From NCBI GenBank assembly GCA_964639255.1, contig CAZXDP010000009.1, positions 788-64,787 on the forward strand: a stretch of DNA of 64,000 bases, written 5' to 3'. The position numbers and the translations under genes are program-made. Positions 39,214-48,970 of this stretch are shown piece by piece. Every line of letters begins with the position of its first letter. Positions within the stretch are counted from its first letter, which is position 1. The DNA comes from an uncultured Flavobacteriaceae bacterium (lineage in GTDB: Bacteria > Bacteroidota > Bacteroidia > Flavobacteriales > Flavobacteriaceae). The notes below the pieces were generated by a model. The model was not told the origin of the DNA. It saw only the letters and a program-made list of their open reading frames with translations, and did no database searches.

Positions 39214-42200
39214 TTAGCGGTACAAGGTGAAATGCCCTACAAAATCTCTGTTGGAATTTGCCGCGAGCTTTACTACGTACCAGTAATCTCCCGTTGGCAA
39301 TTCGGAGCCGTTGTACCTGCCGTCCCAGCTTTCACCTGCCCGGAGCTCTGCTACCTTTCGTCCATAGCGGTCGAAAATAGCAGTCAAAATATTGGGGTAA
39401 TATTCTGCACATCCCGGTTTCCAGGTGTCGACGACACCATCGCCATTCGGGGTAAAATAGTTGGGGATACATATTTCTATGAATTCTAAGAATATTAGGG
39501 CTTGTGCTGTACAACCACTGCTATCTGTAACGGTCACCAAATATTCACCTGTTTCGGAAATGATAAAGGAATTGGTACTGCCATAATCGGTTCCGTTCAA
39601 GGTATATACATATCCTCCCGTACCTCCCGCGGTATTCGCCAAAATCTCGTTGAGGCCACCTTCCGAAAGGGAGAGGGTAAGGGGATCAAATTGGCCAATA
39701 TTGAAGAATTCTGTTGAAACGATACAACCGTTACTGTGTCGCACCAAGATATAATTGTCTTGACTTGGCGGCAGGTTCTCGAACACGTTGCTACTCTGGT
39801 AGGGACCACCGTTCAACGAATAATCAATCTGCGATACATCGGTATTGCTGTCATCTACCGTAACGGTCACTACATTGCCCGTGAAATTATTCTCACATAT
39901 GTACTCCAGATCTATAAAAGGATTCAACAATACAGCATCCGGGAATTCAATTTCCTGCTCCCGTTCGCAACCGTTGGCGTCGCGTATATACACCACGTGG
40001 TTGCCACCGCCCAAGTTGTCGAAATCAAAAATGGTTTGGGTAGGTGTTCCAGCAGTATACGGACCGTCATAATTGTTCAAACTTACACTATAGGGTGGGG
40101 TTCCTCCTTGAATTTCAACACTGAAGGCACCATCGGCATCGCCCACGCAAATCTCTGGCAGGGTAGAACCCGGTACAATATCTGCTAAAATAGGTGCTGG
40201 CTCTGCAATGGTAAAGCTATAGTTTATGAAGCAACCAAGTTCATCTTGAATAATGGCATCATAGTCTCCCGGAGCAAGATTCTCAAAACGATCGGTCACG
40301 AAAAACTGGTCTAACCTTGGCGAAATGGCGTATTGTATAGTTCCAGTACCACCAATTCCGTTGAATTCTATCCATCCATCCCTATCTCCAAAACAAAGCA
40401 CATTGCCAATTTCAGGATCAATTTCAAGGGCCGTATCGGGTTCGGTAATTTCAATGGTTTCCGAAGTTTCGTTACAATCGTCACTTTCCACATAGACCGA
40501 ATAGCTACCTGCCGCCAGTTCATCGAAAATTGCTGGGGTATCGATGGAGGTTCTTATTGTATTCCCTGCACTGTCCCGTAGGTAATACACATAATTGCCC
40601 AAACCACCCAAGGCCCTTGCCACGATTACTCCCGTCTCGTCGCCCACACAATTGATGGTGGGATTGGTCGAATTTAGTACGATTTCCAAATCTGGTAACG
40701 GATCAATGGTAATATCATTGGTGACATTGGCGATACATCCATTATCATCTCTCACATAATACCTATAAGTTCCTGGTGTTACGCTAAAGGTTGTCGAGGT
40801 AGTAAACGTCCCTAAAATGGGCGTAAAGCTAGGATTGTCACTATACTCATAAGGCCCCGTTCCCCCACTTGCGCTTAAGGTTAATTGCGTATCGACCGTA
40901 CAAGTTTGCGTGCTTTCCACAATAAGATTGGGCGAAACCTCTGTTGGCTGGTTAATGATCACGTCCTCAGATTCGAAAACGCACTGAAGTGCATCGGTAA
41001 TTCGGACTTGGTATACCCCAGCCGATAGATTCTCAAAAATAGGGTTCGTTTGTGGGCCAGAGGTAAAGCTATCTGGCGACGATTTTACAAGTGTATACAA
41101 ATAGTTGCCTCCCTGTCCTCCTGAGATATTAATTACTTCAATGGTACCATCTTGGTCTCCATAGCATTCCAATGTGATGTTGTTCGCGACAAAATCGGCG
41201 TCAATGGGATCAGGCTGTTCAAGAGATACCGTTGCAATCTCGATACACCCTTGAGCATCCCGAACGGTGACCGTGTAAATTCCTGCACCGAGGTCTTCAA
41301 AAACATTGACCGGAGAGAAAGGTACATTGACCGGGCCGGATAATTGAAAGTTGTAAGGCGGTGTTCCGCCAGAGCCTACTGCCGTAATGATTCCACCATC
41401 ATTATCGCAAGTAACTGGAGCAGTTTCATTGGCTACCACATCTACTGCGGAATTGGGAGCATCTATATTTACCACATTTGAAACCGTGGCACAAAACGGA
41501 CTGTCGGTTTCAATAATTTCAACAGAATAATTACCTGCGGCTAAACCTGTTATCAACTGCGGATTTGTGGATGTATTGGCAGTTATGGGGCCACCGATAG
41601 GGTTCCCGGCACCATCCAATAACTGGTAGGTGTAGTTTCCGGTATAGCCGACGATATCCAATTCCATTTCGCCAATGGCATCACCAAAACAATTGTTATC
41701 TGCAATCGGTGTTAAGGTGGCTTCAATTAAATCGAATGGTGGAACCTCGAATGCGTTCGTCAAATAATAACAGTTGGTGTCCAGATCATTTACTTGGAAG
41801 TAATAATTGCCCGGACCAGGAATACTGAAAATATTAGAGGTTTGGGGCAATCCGTCAGGGAGCATCTGATACGTATAATTTCCGCCTGGAGGTGTTACGA
41901 TAATTTCAATTTCACCTGTATTGTTACAATCGATAGGAGAAACTATCCCAAAGCTTGCAGCCGTAATGGTTTCTAGAGGATCGATCGTAATCGTATCCGT
42001 AGCGATACAGCCATTGCTATCTTGAACATAAGCGGTAATGGTTTGAACTGTTCCATCGTCGATGACGGTAAAAGTGTTGTTTGTAAAATAATTTAGGTTG
42101 TCTAAACTATAAAGGTAGCCAGGTGTTCCGCCTAAGCCTGTAATGATTACAGTTACGGTGCTCGGAGTGTTATCTGGGGTGCAAACAAACGCATCTGCAG

Positions 42201-45200
42201 TAGCTGAAGCATCCAATACCGGCGGTTCGCCAATTGTTGCATCGGCCGTTGCGATACAGTCCCTTCCCGAAGTCACTTGAACGGTATAGGTGCCTGTGGG
42301 CAGTCCGGTAAAAATGTTCGATGTTTGCGCCGGAACAACAATTGGAGCGATTATCTCATAGGTATATATTGGATTATTATTTCCCGGTGCTAAGGTGACA
42401 GTAATAATACCGTCGCTACTACCTACACAACTGGTATCGGTTGTATTGGTTGTAAATGTTACAGGAGTGGCAGCTTCCATGGTAATTGCTACATCCTCTG
42501 TACAACCTGTCGCAGTGTCTGTTACAGTAATCGTGTAGGTACCTGAGGGCACTCCACTGAAAACATTTCCAGCTAAGGTTATCGAGGGTGGATTGGGTAC
42601 TATGGAATAGGTATAGCTACCCGTTCCGCCATTCGCATTAACGGTAATCACTCCATCATCATTACTACAACTAGGCAATGAGGTGGCGGTGGCGGCAAGA
42701 CCCAAAGGCGGAGCAATGGTTACCGATACTGTATTGCCGCAACCGTTGGCATCGTTTACCTCAATGGTATGGGTGCCAGAGCTCACATCAGTAATGGTAT
42801 AGGGTAGCGTCTGAGTTTGGAAAGAACCGCCGTTGAAGCTAATGCTGTAGGGAGGTATTCCAGCGCTCACCAAGGTAACATCTATTTCAAAATCGCCTTC
42901 AGCCGTATCACATTGGTTGGTCACATTTGCATCAATTACCGGTGCTGGGTCTTCTGGTAAAATGGTCGCAGGGCCAGTAACAATACAACCATACGCATCC
43001 TTTACGTGAATATAATACGTCCCTGCATTGGCATTGAACGTGTTGTTCGACCCCCAAGAAGGATCGGTTGGAGCTGGAGCTGCAGGTGTTGTTGTCATTT
43101 GATACTGGTAGGGTGGTGTTCCATCCTGACCGAGTGCGCTAATGACACCAGAATTTGCATTACAGTTGGCATTTTGATCTACCGTCACATCTATATCCAG
43201 TTGAACCTGCGATTCGGTAATGTTAAAGGCTGCGGTAACCACACCACAACCCGCGTTGGAGCCAGATGTTTCCGTGATAAGAACAAAATAACTGCCCACG
43301 GGTAATGGGCCCAAATCGGTAACGGTTATAGAACCTCCGGCCGGTATCACACCAGAACCATTGATTCCTGTAGTAGTTGTGGTGGTAGATTCATAAATTT
43401 CATAATCTACATTCACCGCTGTTGCGTATGTACTATTTACGGTAAAGGTTACGGTACCATCGGCACTTCCCGTACAGGTAACATTATTGCTGCTTACCGC
43501 ATCTACCGTTAAGGTTGAATTTGTTGGTACCGGAATGGTGGATTGCTCGTAGTAATAGCATTGTGTCGATTCATCGTATACGATAAATGTGTAGGTAACT
43601 CCTGGGATTAGCCCAGTAAAGGTGGCCGAACGGCTTCCTGCCGGAGTTTCGGGAATCCACGTTCCTCCAGGTGGCGGAACAACAACGCCCCCGTTATAGA
43701 TATCGAACCAGAATGGACCGGCGCTCGGCAGTGAGGACGCAACTGTAACCACAGCGGTTCCGCCAGTGGCACAATCTACTGTAGTATCAATATCAATATC
43801 CAAATCACTTGGTGGAGAAGCTATTAATATATTCTGAATAAGCTCCACACAGCCATTGGCATCGATTACCCGTAACTCATAAATCCCGAAATCTAGGCCC
43901 GAAAAGGTGAAGGAAGCGCTACCATCGTTATCTATTTCAGAACCTGTATAGCCATTGGAACCTGTCAAGTAGTAATCATATAATGGTGTACCGCCAGAAA
44001 CTCCGGTTATTGTAATTTCACCTTGCGAAGTACCCCCGGGCGTACACGTAATGTCAACACTAGTATAATTCACGGCAATTGGGTCTGGTTCGGTAAGAGT
44101 TATCGTGTCGGAATCGGAACAAGCATTGGCATCGGTAAGGGTTACGGTATAGGTTCCCGCGGGAAGTCCTGTCGTTTGTGTTCCGTAATCGATTCCGGAA
44201 GTGTTGTTGAAAACATTAATGGTAAAGGGAGGCGTACCCGCAGAAGGATCAAAAGTTACGTCAATTGCTCCGTTGGCATCCCCGTTACATAGGATGTTTT
44301 GCGATTGGGCCACGACATCCAATTGGGGCAATGATAGCGGGTCGATCGTTATAATACCAGATTCTACCGTACAACCTTGGGCATCGGTTACTTCAAATTG
44401 GTAGGTGCCCGGTGTTCCGGTGGGATAGGTAAAGGGGGAACCCGTGGCGCCCAAAGCCGTGTATGCACCTCCATTAAAAGATACGGCGTAGTTGAAGGGA
44501 GCTGTTCCGCCGCCAATAGTACCCGTTATAATAGCATCTGGATTTGTTGTGCAATCGAGATCTTTCGTTAAAACAGCACTTAGGGTTAGCTCTGGTGCGA
44601 TAACTTGGGTAGGAAGGGTTACCTCGCAACCCAGCGCATCCCGAACGATAATTGTATAGCTGCCTGGTCCTAATCCAGTAAAGACATTGCTGGACTGGAA
44701 CGGGCCGCCATTCAGACTAAATTCAAAGGGAGCTTGTCCTGCCGTTACGGTGACCTCAATGGAAGCGCCGTTCGTAGTGTCGTAACATAAGTCGGAGGCA
44801 AGGCTAATTTCAGCCACTGGCGTTACGGGTGCGGTCAAATCGAACGTATCGGTCACGATACAGCCATTGGCATCTTCTACCGTTACGATATAGGTGCCGG
44901 TTTGGGTTAATCCAATAAAGATATTGCTGCCCTGTGGGCCTAGCACTGTAGCATCAGGGAGTTCTAAGCTATAAGAATTTCCGCCCCAGCCACCTGTGGC
45001 TGTTATGGTGACACGACCTGAGTCTATACAACTTATAGGGGTTACATCTGTTGTAAAGGACAGCGGTGTATTTGGTTCGGCCACAATGACCGATGTGGTT
45101 GCTTCACAGTTGGTATCATTGTCGGTCACCACGATGGTATAAGTTCCTGCGGCAAGTCCAGTAAGGATTATTGGCGAAGTCCCAGCGGTTGGGAGTCCGC

Positions 45201-48200
45201 CATTGATGGTATAGACGAAATTTGTGGTGCCTGATACGGTAAATCGAACCGATCCGTCATCATCGCCCACACAGGTTACATCGTTTAGATTTTGGCCTAC
45301 GACCGAAATGGTAGGCAATGGCAAAATGCTGTACGATTCGCTATAGGTACATTCGTTGGCGTCACGTACTTGGAAGGTATAGGTACCAGGAGCTAATCCT
45401 GCAAAAATATTAGAAGATTGATATGGTGTTGCCGCTGCAGCGGGTGCAATAATTTGATATTCCAAAGGTGCTACACCACCGCTCCCTGCTGGTACCGTAA
45501 CCGTAACCGTGGTCTCATTGGTAGGGCAGGTAAGGGGTGTGTTGCTAAAGGTTAAATCTGTGGGAGGATCTAGTGGCGGAATGGTAATTTCATTGGTTAC
45601 AAATGTACAATCGTTGGCGTCTCTTATCGTAACACTATAGGTTCCTGCTGTTAATCCTGTAAAGATTGGACTTGTCTGGTAGGTAACTCCATCGATGCTA
45701 TATTCATAAGGAGGTGTACCGCCAGATACGCCGGTTACCTCAATCGTACCTGTTGCATTACAAGTATAGGGGGAGGTTAATTCTGCGATTCCCTCAATGG
45801 GCGTCGCGGTGTCAATAACGACTTGTTGTGCTGGTGTAAAACAAACCGATGACCCTACTGTATATTCCACGACAGCTAAGTAAGTGCCTGCTGAAAGTCC
45901 CGTAAAAACAGGAGAGTTGCTAAACGTTCCCAAGGGGCCATTAATTCCGTAGCGCAAGGAATTACCATTCGGGTTGGAAACGTTGAAGGTAATGCTACCC
46001 GTATTTCCAGGTTCGGCGCAAAGAATATCCTCGTGGGTAACCATAAATTCTGGTGCAGGTATTTGATTTATAGTAATTGTAGTAGTCGCCTCACAATTGT
46101 TATTATCAACCACCCTAATGTTATAAGTTCCTCCTGGTGCTGAGACGGCAAATACAGGATCTGTCTGAAATACGGTGGTGCTATTTATATAATAGAAGTA
46201 GGGAGGGGTACCGCCCTGCGGATATATGGTTATTTCCCCGTCTGTACATGTAAGGGGTTCGGTTATCGCGGCCGAAACCGTAAGCTCGGGTGGTTCTACT
46301 ATTTCCACATCTCCTTCAAAAAAGCAACCGTCTTCGGTTTCCACTACCGCTCTATAGAAGCCCGGGTTTAAATTTGAAAACGTATGGCTGTTAGGGGCAA
46401 TGGGACCTACACTATTTATCAAAGTCGCTCCTTGGTATAGCGAATAAAAATATTGCGGTTCCGCATCGTTCGCAGCTAAAGTAATGCTACCCTTGTCTCC
46501 ATGACACAAAGGTTGGGCGATGTTGGTTGTTACGGTAAAATCTCTTTCCCTTATCTGAATGTCGGGTACTGTAAACACACACGCCTCTTCTGGATTGGGC
46601 AATCCCGATTGCCTAATGTGTACCGTATACAACCCGGCCGCTGTTATCGTAAATTCATTGCTGGCCTGATAAGTAACACCGTCTAGGCTATATTCGTATC
46701 CGCTTGGTACATTGATAACACGGATACTTCCTGGGGAATCGCAAATAATATCGGTAGCCTCCACATCGGGGTTCAGTAAATTTTGGTAGACGTTGAAGTA
46801 AAACTGATTGAAACATCCGCCTGGATAGTTGATTGTGAGCCTAAATTGTCCGGCCGTATTGGCCGTATAATTGGGACCCGTAGCAATTTGGTTCCAGGTA
46901 CAAGAAGGGTTCTCGTTGGCACAATCTGAATTTCCAACGGGAGTACAACTGGTTTCATCCAACTGTTCCCAAATAATTGAGGTGGCCTGTCCCAAATCGA
47001 CATTGAGCTCTGTAAAATCATTGAGACCGCAGAGGTAAATATTTGGAAGTTCTTTCCCGTCATTAGGGCAAATTACCACTTCATCGGCATAGGGGATAAT
47101 GGGATTGGTAATGTTCGCGCCGTACAGCGTAACATTGTATTGTTGCACGATGGAACGGCATGGGGCGGCCGCCGTGTTGAACGAATAGTACGTTCCCGTG
47201 GCAATCACGGTAATGGTTTGGCCCGTGCCAATAACAGGGGTGCCGGAAGGATCTGTAGACCAAGAATACGATACGTACCCTGGTTCAGCCGTTAGTTCTA
47301 TGCTATCTCCACAGAGTACCTCGTCTTGTTCAAATACGCAATCGTCAAGATCTACCAAAGTGTTGGTTACACTTGGCGTAGTTAGACATCCTGTATTGGT
47401 GCTATAACTGGGATCGTCTGTAATTTGAAAATCGGGGTTGAGTGTGCCGTAATAGGTTGCGAAGGCTTGGTTTTCAATAATGTTAGAGCATACTGGTGCC
47501 AATTGCTGGCAGGTTTCAACCACATTCGCCTTGATCCGTATTTCTGAAAGGGGCGTATTCTGTAGGACTAGATAATCTTCAATGCTAAAAACAAGCTCGC
47601 GCGCCACAGGATTATAGGTATGTGTTACCCCAGCGGGGAGCGTAAGGTCGGCCTCATCAAATTCAATGTTAATGGGCAGAACATCCCTAATAGTGAAGTT
47701 GCGGGCATCGTCGTTTCCAATGTTTTGGAAACCAATAACATAATTGAGCTCTTGTCCAAGATTTACAGGTTGGCCGCCAATATCGTTGCCAAATTCATCC
47801 TCTACGATTTTTGTAAGCAATATTCTGGGCTCGATAATTTCCACCGCGAACGCAAATAGGTACTGTAAGAAGAAATCGCTCGAGGTTCGTAAACTCATCG
47901 TTGCTTGCGTATCGCCGTTGTTGATTACACTATTGCCAGGATTTGGCACCCTAAGGATACCCGAATCGAACCCTAAGGTGTTGGCACTATTGAGGTTTCT
48001 ATCGTTTACTGGGGTGGCATCCAACTGGGTGACGGCACTTCTGAAAAAGTTGTTGGCAGGCCTGTCTGTCGTGGAAAGGTTCGTTCCGTTTAGCGCCATT
48101 TGATCTCCTGTAATCGAAACATCGCCTTCTAATGTGGCAAAGGCCAAGTTAGCCCGCACGGGCTGGGGTGCAGGAACGGTCCTAAATCCATCTACAATAA

Positions 48201-48897
48201 TATCCACGTCGGGAATATTTCTAAAAATAGCACTGAATCCATCAAAACTTGTAATGGATTTGCTGGGCAGAGTAAGATCTTCATAAACAACCAATAAAGA
48301 CCAGCCTGCACTATTTCCATTACGGTTGTTCTGTTGGTTCCCAACACCTTCTCTAGTTGAAATGTTACCCACGGTGTAGGTGCCCTCGGCATCAGTACCG
48401 TAGCTTTGCAACATGGTAGTTACATCGGCTACGCACGCATAGGGATAGGCATCGTTTAATGGGGTGGTCTGGTCGCGATAGATAATTTCACCTGTAATAT
48501 CTACGTAACCACCTGTAGGGCCTTTGAACCTCACTTGATTTACAACAGGATCGTCTGAGACCACAGCTGCCCAATAGAGGCTTGCGTGCACGATTTCATA
48601 ACAATCGGGATCGGGAAATTCCAAATCGGCGCTACTTGAATTGAACGTACTGGGGTCGCCATCAATATCCACATAGATCATGTTGATATTACTATTGTTC
48701 CCGGCATTTAGATCATTAAAGGGGACATTGCTATAGGGCCCAAGGTTATTGTTTCCTATAAGTTCAATATCGCCTTTTAGATCATCATCAAACCGTGGGG
48801 TAAAAGGAATGAGGTTCTGCGCAAAACCGTGTAGTCCAAAGAGCAACACTAGGGCTACTAAGACAACTTTTTTGGGGTGGGGTAATGGTTTTTTCAT
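39214..48897 (-). CDS. Giant SprB-like cell-surface repeat adhesin with T9SS type-B (gliding motility-associated) C-terminal domain
   Basis: 3227 aa with a signal peptide. There are roughly 30 tandem modules of about 75-85 aa with the SprB-repeat-like pattern C-x-G-x2-(D/N)G-x-I ... GG(T/V)PPY-x-Y ... F-x-(G/N)L-x-(A/P)G-x-Y ... D-x-(N/Q)GC. The last 85 aa (39217-39471) read CIPNYFTPNGDGVVDTW...GRYNGSELPTGDYWYVVK...GHFTLYR, matching the TIGR04131-type CTD as I remember it. Confidence 0.85.
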   Translation of the reverse strand: MKKPLPHPKKVVLVALVLLFGLHGFAQNLIPFTPRFDDDLKGDIELIGNNNLGPYSNVPFNDLNAGNNSNINMIYVDIDGDPSTFNSSSADLEFPDPDCYEIVHASLYWAAVVSDDPVVNQVRFKGPTGGYVDITGEIIYRDQTTPLNDAYPYACVADVTTMLQSYGTDAEGTYTVGNISTREGVGNQQNNRNGNSAGWSLLVVYEDLTLPSKSITSFDGFSAIFRNIPDVDIIVDGFRTVPAPQPVRANLAFATLEGDVSITGDQMALNGTNLSTTDRPANNFFRSAVTQLDATPVNDRNLNSANTLGFDSGILRVPNPGNSVINNGDTQATMSLRTSSDFFLQYLFAFAVEIIEPRILLTKIVEDEFGNDIGGQPVNLGQELNYVIGFQNIGNDDARNFTIRDVLPINIEFDEADLTLPAGVTHTYNPVARELVFSIEDYLVLQNTPLSEIRIKANVVETCQQLAPVCSNIIENQAFATYYGTLNPDFQITDDPSYSTNTGCLTTPSVTNTLVDLDDCVFEQDEVLCGDSIELTAEPGYVSYSWSTDPSGTPVIGTGQTITVIATGTYYSFNTAAAPCRSIVQQYNVTLYGANITNPIIPYADEVVICPNDGKELPNIYLCGLNDFTELNVDLGQATSIIWEQLDETSCTPVGNSDCANENPSCTWNQIATGPNYTANTAGQFRLTINYPGGCFNQFYFNVYQNLLNPDVEATDIICDSPGSIRVINVPSGYEYSLDGVTYQASNEFTITAAGLYTVHIRQSGLPNPEEACVFTVPDIQIRERDFTVTTNIAQPLCHGDKGSITLAANDAEPQYFYSLYQGATLINSVGPIAPNSHTFSNLNPGFYRAVVETEDGCFFEGDVEIVEPPELTVSAAITEPLTCTDGEITIYPQGGTPPYFYYINSTTVFQTDPVFAVSAPGGTYNIRVVDNNNCEATTTITINQIPAPEFMVTHEDILCAEPGNTGSITFNVSNPNGNSLRYGINGPLGTFSNSPVFTGLSAGTYLAVVEYTVGSSVCFTPAQQVVIDTATPIEGIAELTSPYTCNATGTIEVTGVSGGTPPYEYSIDGVTYQTSPIFTGLTAGTYSVTIRDANDCTFVTNEITIPPLDPPTDLTFSNTPLTCPTNETTVTVTVPAGSGGVAPLEYQIIAPAAAATPYQSSNIFAGLAPGTYTFQVRDANECTYSESYSILPLPTISVVGQNLNDVTCVGDDDGSVRFTVSGTTNFVYTINGGLPTAGTSPIILTGLAAGTYTIVVTDNDTNCEATTSVIVAEPNTPLSFTTDVTPISCIDSGRVTITATGGWGGNSYSLELPDATVLGPQGSNIFIGLTQTGTYIVTVEDANGCIVTDTFDLTAPVTPVAEISLASDLCYDTTNGASIEVTVTAGQAPFEFSLNGGPFQSSNVFTGLGPGSYTIIVRDALGCEVTLPTQVIAPELTLSAVLTKDLDCTTNPDAIITGTIGGGTAPFNYAVSFNGGAYTALGATGSPFTYPTGTPGTYQFEVTDAQGCTVESGIITIDPLSLPQLDVVAQSQNILCNGDANGAIDVTFDPSAGTPPFTINVFNNTSGIDYGTQTTGLPAGTYTVTLTDANACSDSDTITLTEPDPIAVNYTSVDITCTPGGTSQGEITITGVSGGTPLYDYYLTGSNGYTGSEIDNDGSASFTFSGLDFGIYELRVIDANGCVELIQNILIASPPSDLDIDIDTTVDCATGGTAVVTVASSLPSAGPFWFDIYNGGVVVPPPGGTWIPETPAGSRSATFTGLIPGVTYTFIVYDESTQCYYYEQSTIPVPTNSTLTVDAVSSNNVTCTGSADGTVTFTVNSTYATAVNVDYEIYESTTTTTTGINGSGVIPAGGSITVTDLGPLPVGSYFVLITETSGSNAGCGVVTAAFNITESQVQLDIDVTVDQNANCNANSGVISALGQDGTPPYQYQMTTTPAAPAPTDPSWGSNNTFNANAGTYYIHVKDAYGCIVTGPATILPEDPAPVIDANVTNQCDTAEGDFEIDVTLVSAGIPPYSISFNGGSFQTQTLPYTITDVSSGTHTIEVNDANGCGNTVSVTIAPPLGLAATATSLPSCSNDDGVITVNANGGTGSYTYSIVPNPPSITLAGNVFSGVPSGTYTITVTDTATGCTEDVAITMEAATPVTFTTNTTDTSCVGSSDGIITVTLAPGNNNPIYTYEIIAPIVVPAQTSNIFTGLPTGTYTVQVTSGRDCIATADATIGEPPVLDASATADAFVCTPDNTPSTVTVIITGLGGTPGYLYSLDNLNYFTNNTFTVIDDGTVQTITAYVQDSNGCIATDTITIDPLETITAASFGIVSPIDCNNTGEIEIIVTPPGGNYTYQMLPDGLPQTSNIFSIPGPGNYYFQVNDLDTNCYYLTNAFEVPPFDLIEATLTPIADNNCFGDAIGEMELDIVGYTGNYTYQLLDGAGNPIGGPITANTSTNPQLITGLAAGNYSVEIIETDSPFCATVSNVVNIDAPNSAVDVVANETAPVTCDNDGGIITAVGSGGTPPYNFQLSGPVNVPFSPVNVFEDLGAGIYTVTVRDAQGCIEIATVSLEQPDPIDADFVANNITLECYGDQDGTIEVINISGGQGGNYLYTLVKSSPDSFTSGPQTNPIFENLSAGVYQVRITDALQCVFESEDVIINQPTEVSPNLIVESTQTCTVDTQLTLSASGGTGPYEYSDNPSFTPILGTFTTSTTFSVTPGTYRYYVRDDNGCIANVTNDITIDPLPDLEIVLNSTNPTINCVGDETGVIVARALGGLGNYVYYLRDSAGNTIRTSIDTPAIFDELAAGSYSVYVESDDCNETSETIEITEPDTALEIDPEIGNVLCFGDRDGWIEFNGIGGTGTIQYAISPRLDQFFVTDRFENLAPGDYDAIIQDELGCFINYSFTIAEPAPILADIVPGSTLPEICVGDADGAFSVEIQGGTPPYSVSLNNYDGPYTAGTPTQTIFDFDNLGGGNHVVYIRDANGCEREQEIEFPDAVLLNPFIDLEYICENNFTGNVVTVTVDDSNTDVSQIDYSLNGGPYQSSNVFENLPPSQDNYILVRHSNGCIVSTEFFNIGQFDPLTLSLSEGGLNEILANTAGGTGGYVYTLNGTDYGSTNSFIISETGEYLVTVTDSSGCTAQALIFLEFIEICIPNYFTPNGDGVVDTWKPGCAEYYPNILTAIFDRYGRKVAELRAGESWDGRYNGSELPTGDYWYVVKLAANSNRDFVGHFTLYR

Positions 48898-48970
48898 AGT
48901 CTGTTAGGTTGTTGTGGTACAGTAATATCCTAATCTAAATTAGGATAGCGCGGGGAACACTGTGTTATGG

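Noticed and set aside
39214-48897. Giant gene as an assembly artefact or DNA-level repeat array
   Set aside because: The modules of about 80 aa are clearly diverged from one another at protein level, and therefore at DNA level. The frame is uninterrupted for 9.7 kb, with a proper signal peptide and CTD.
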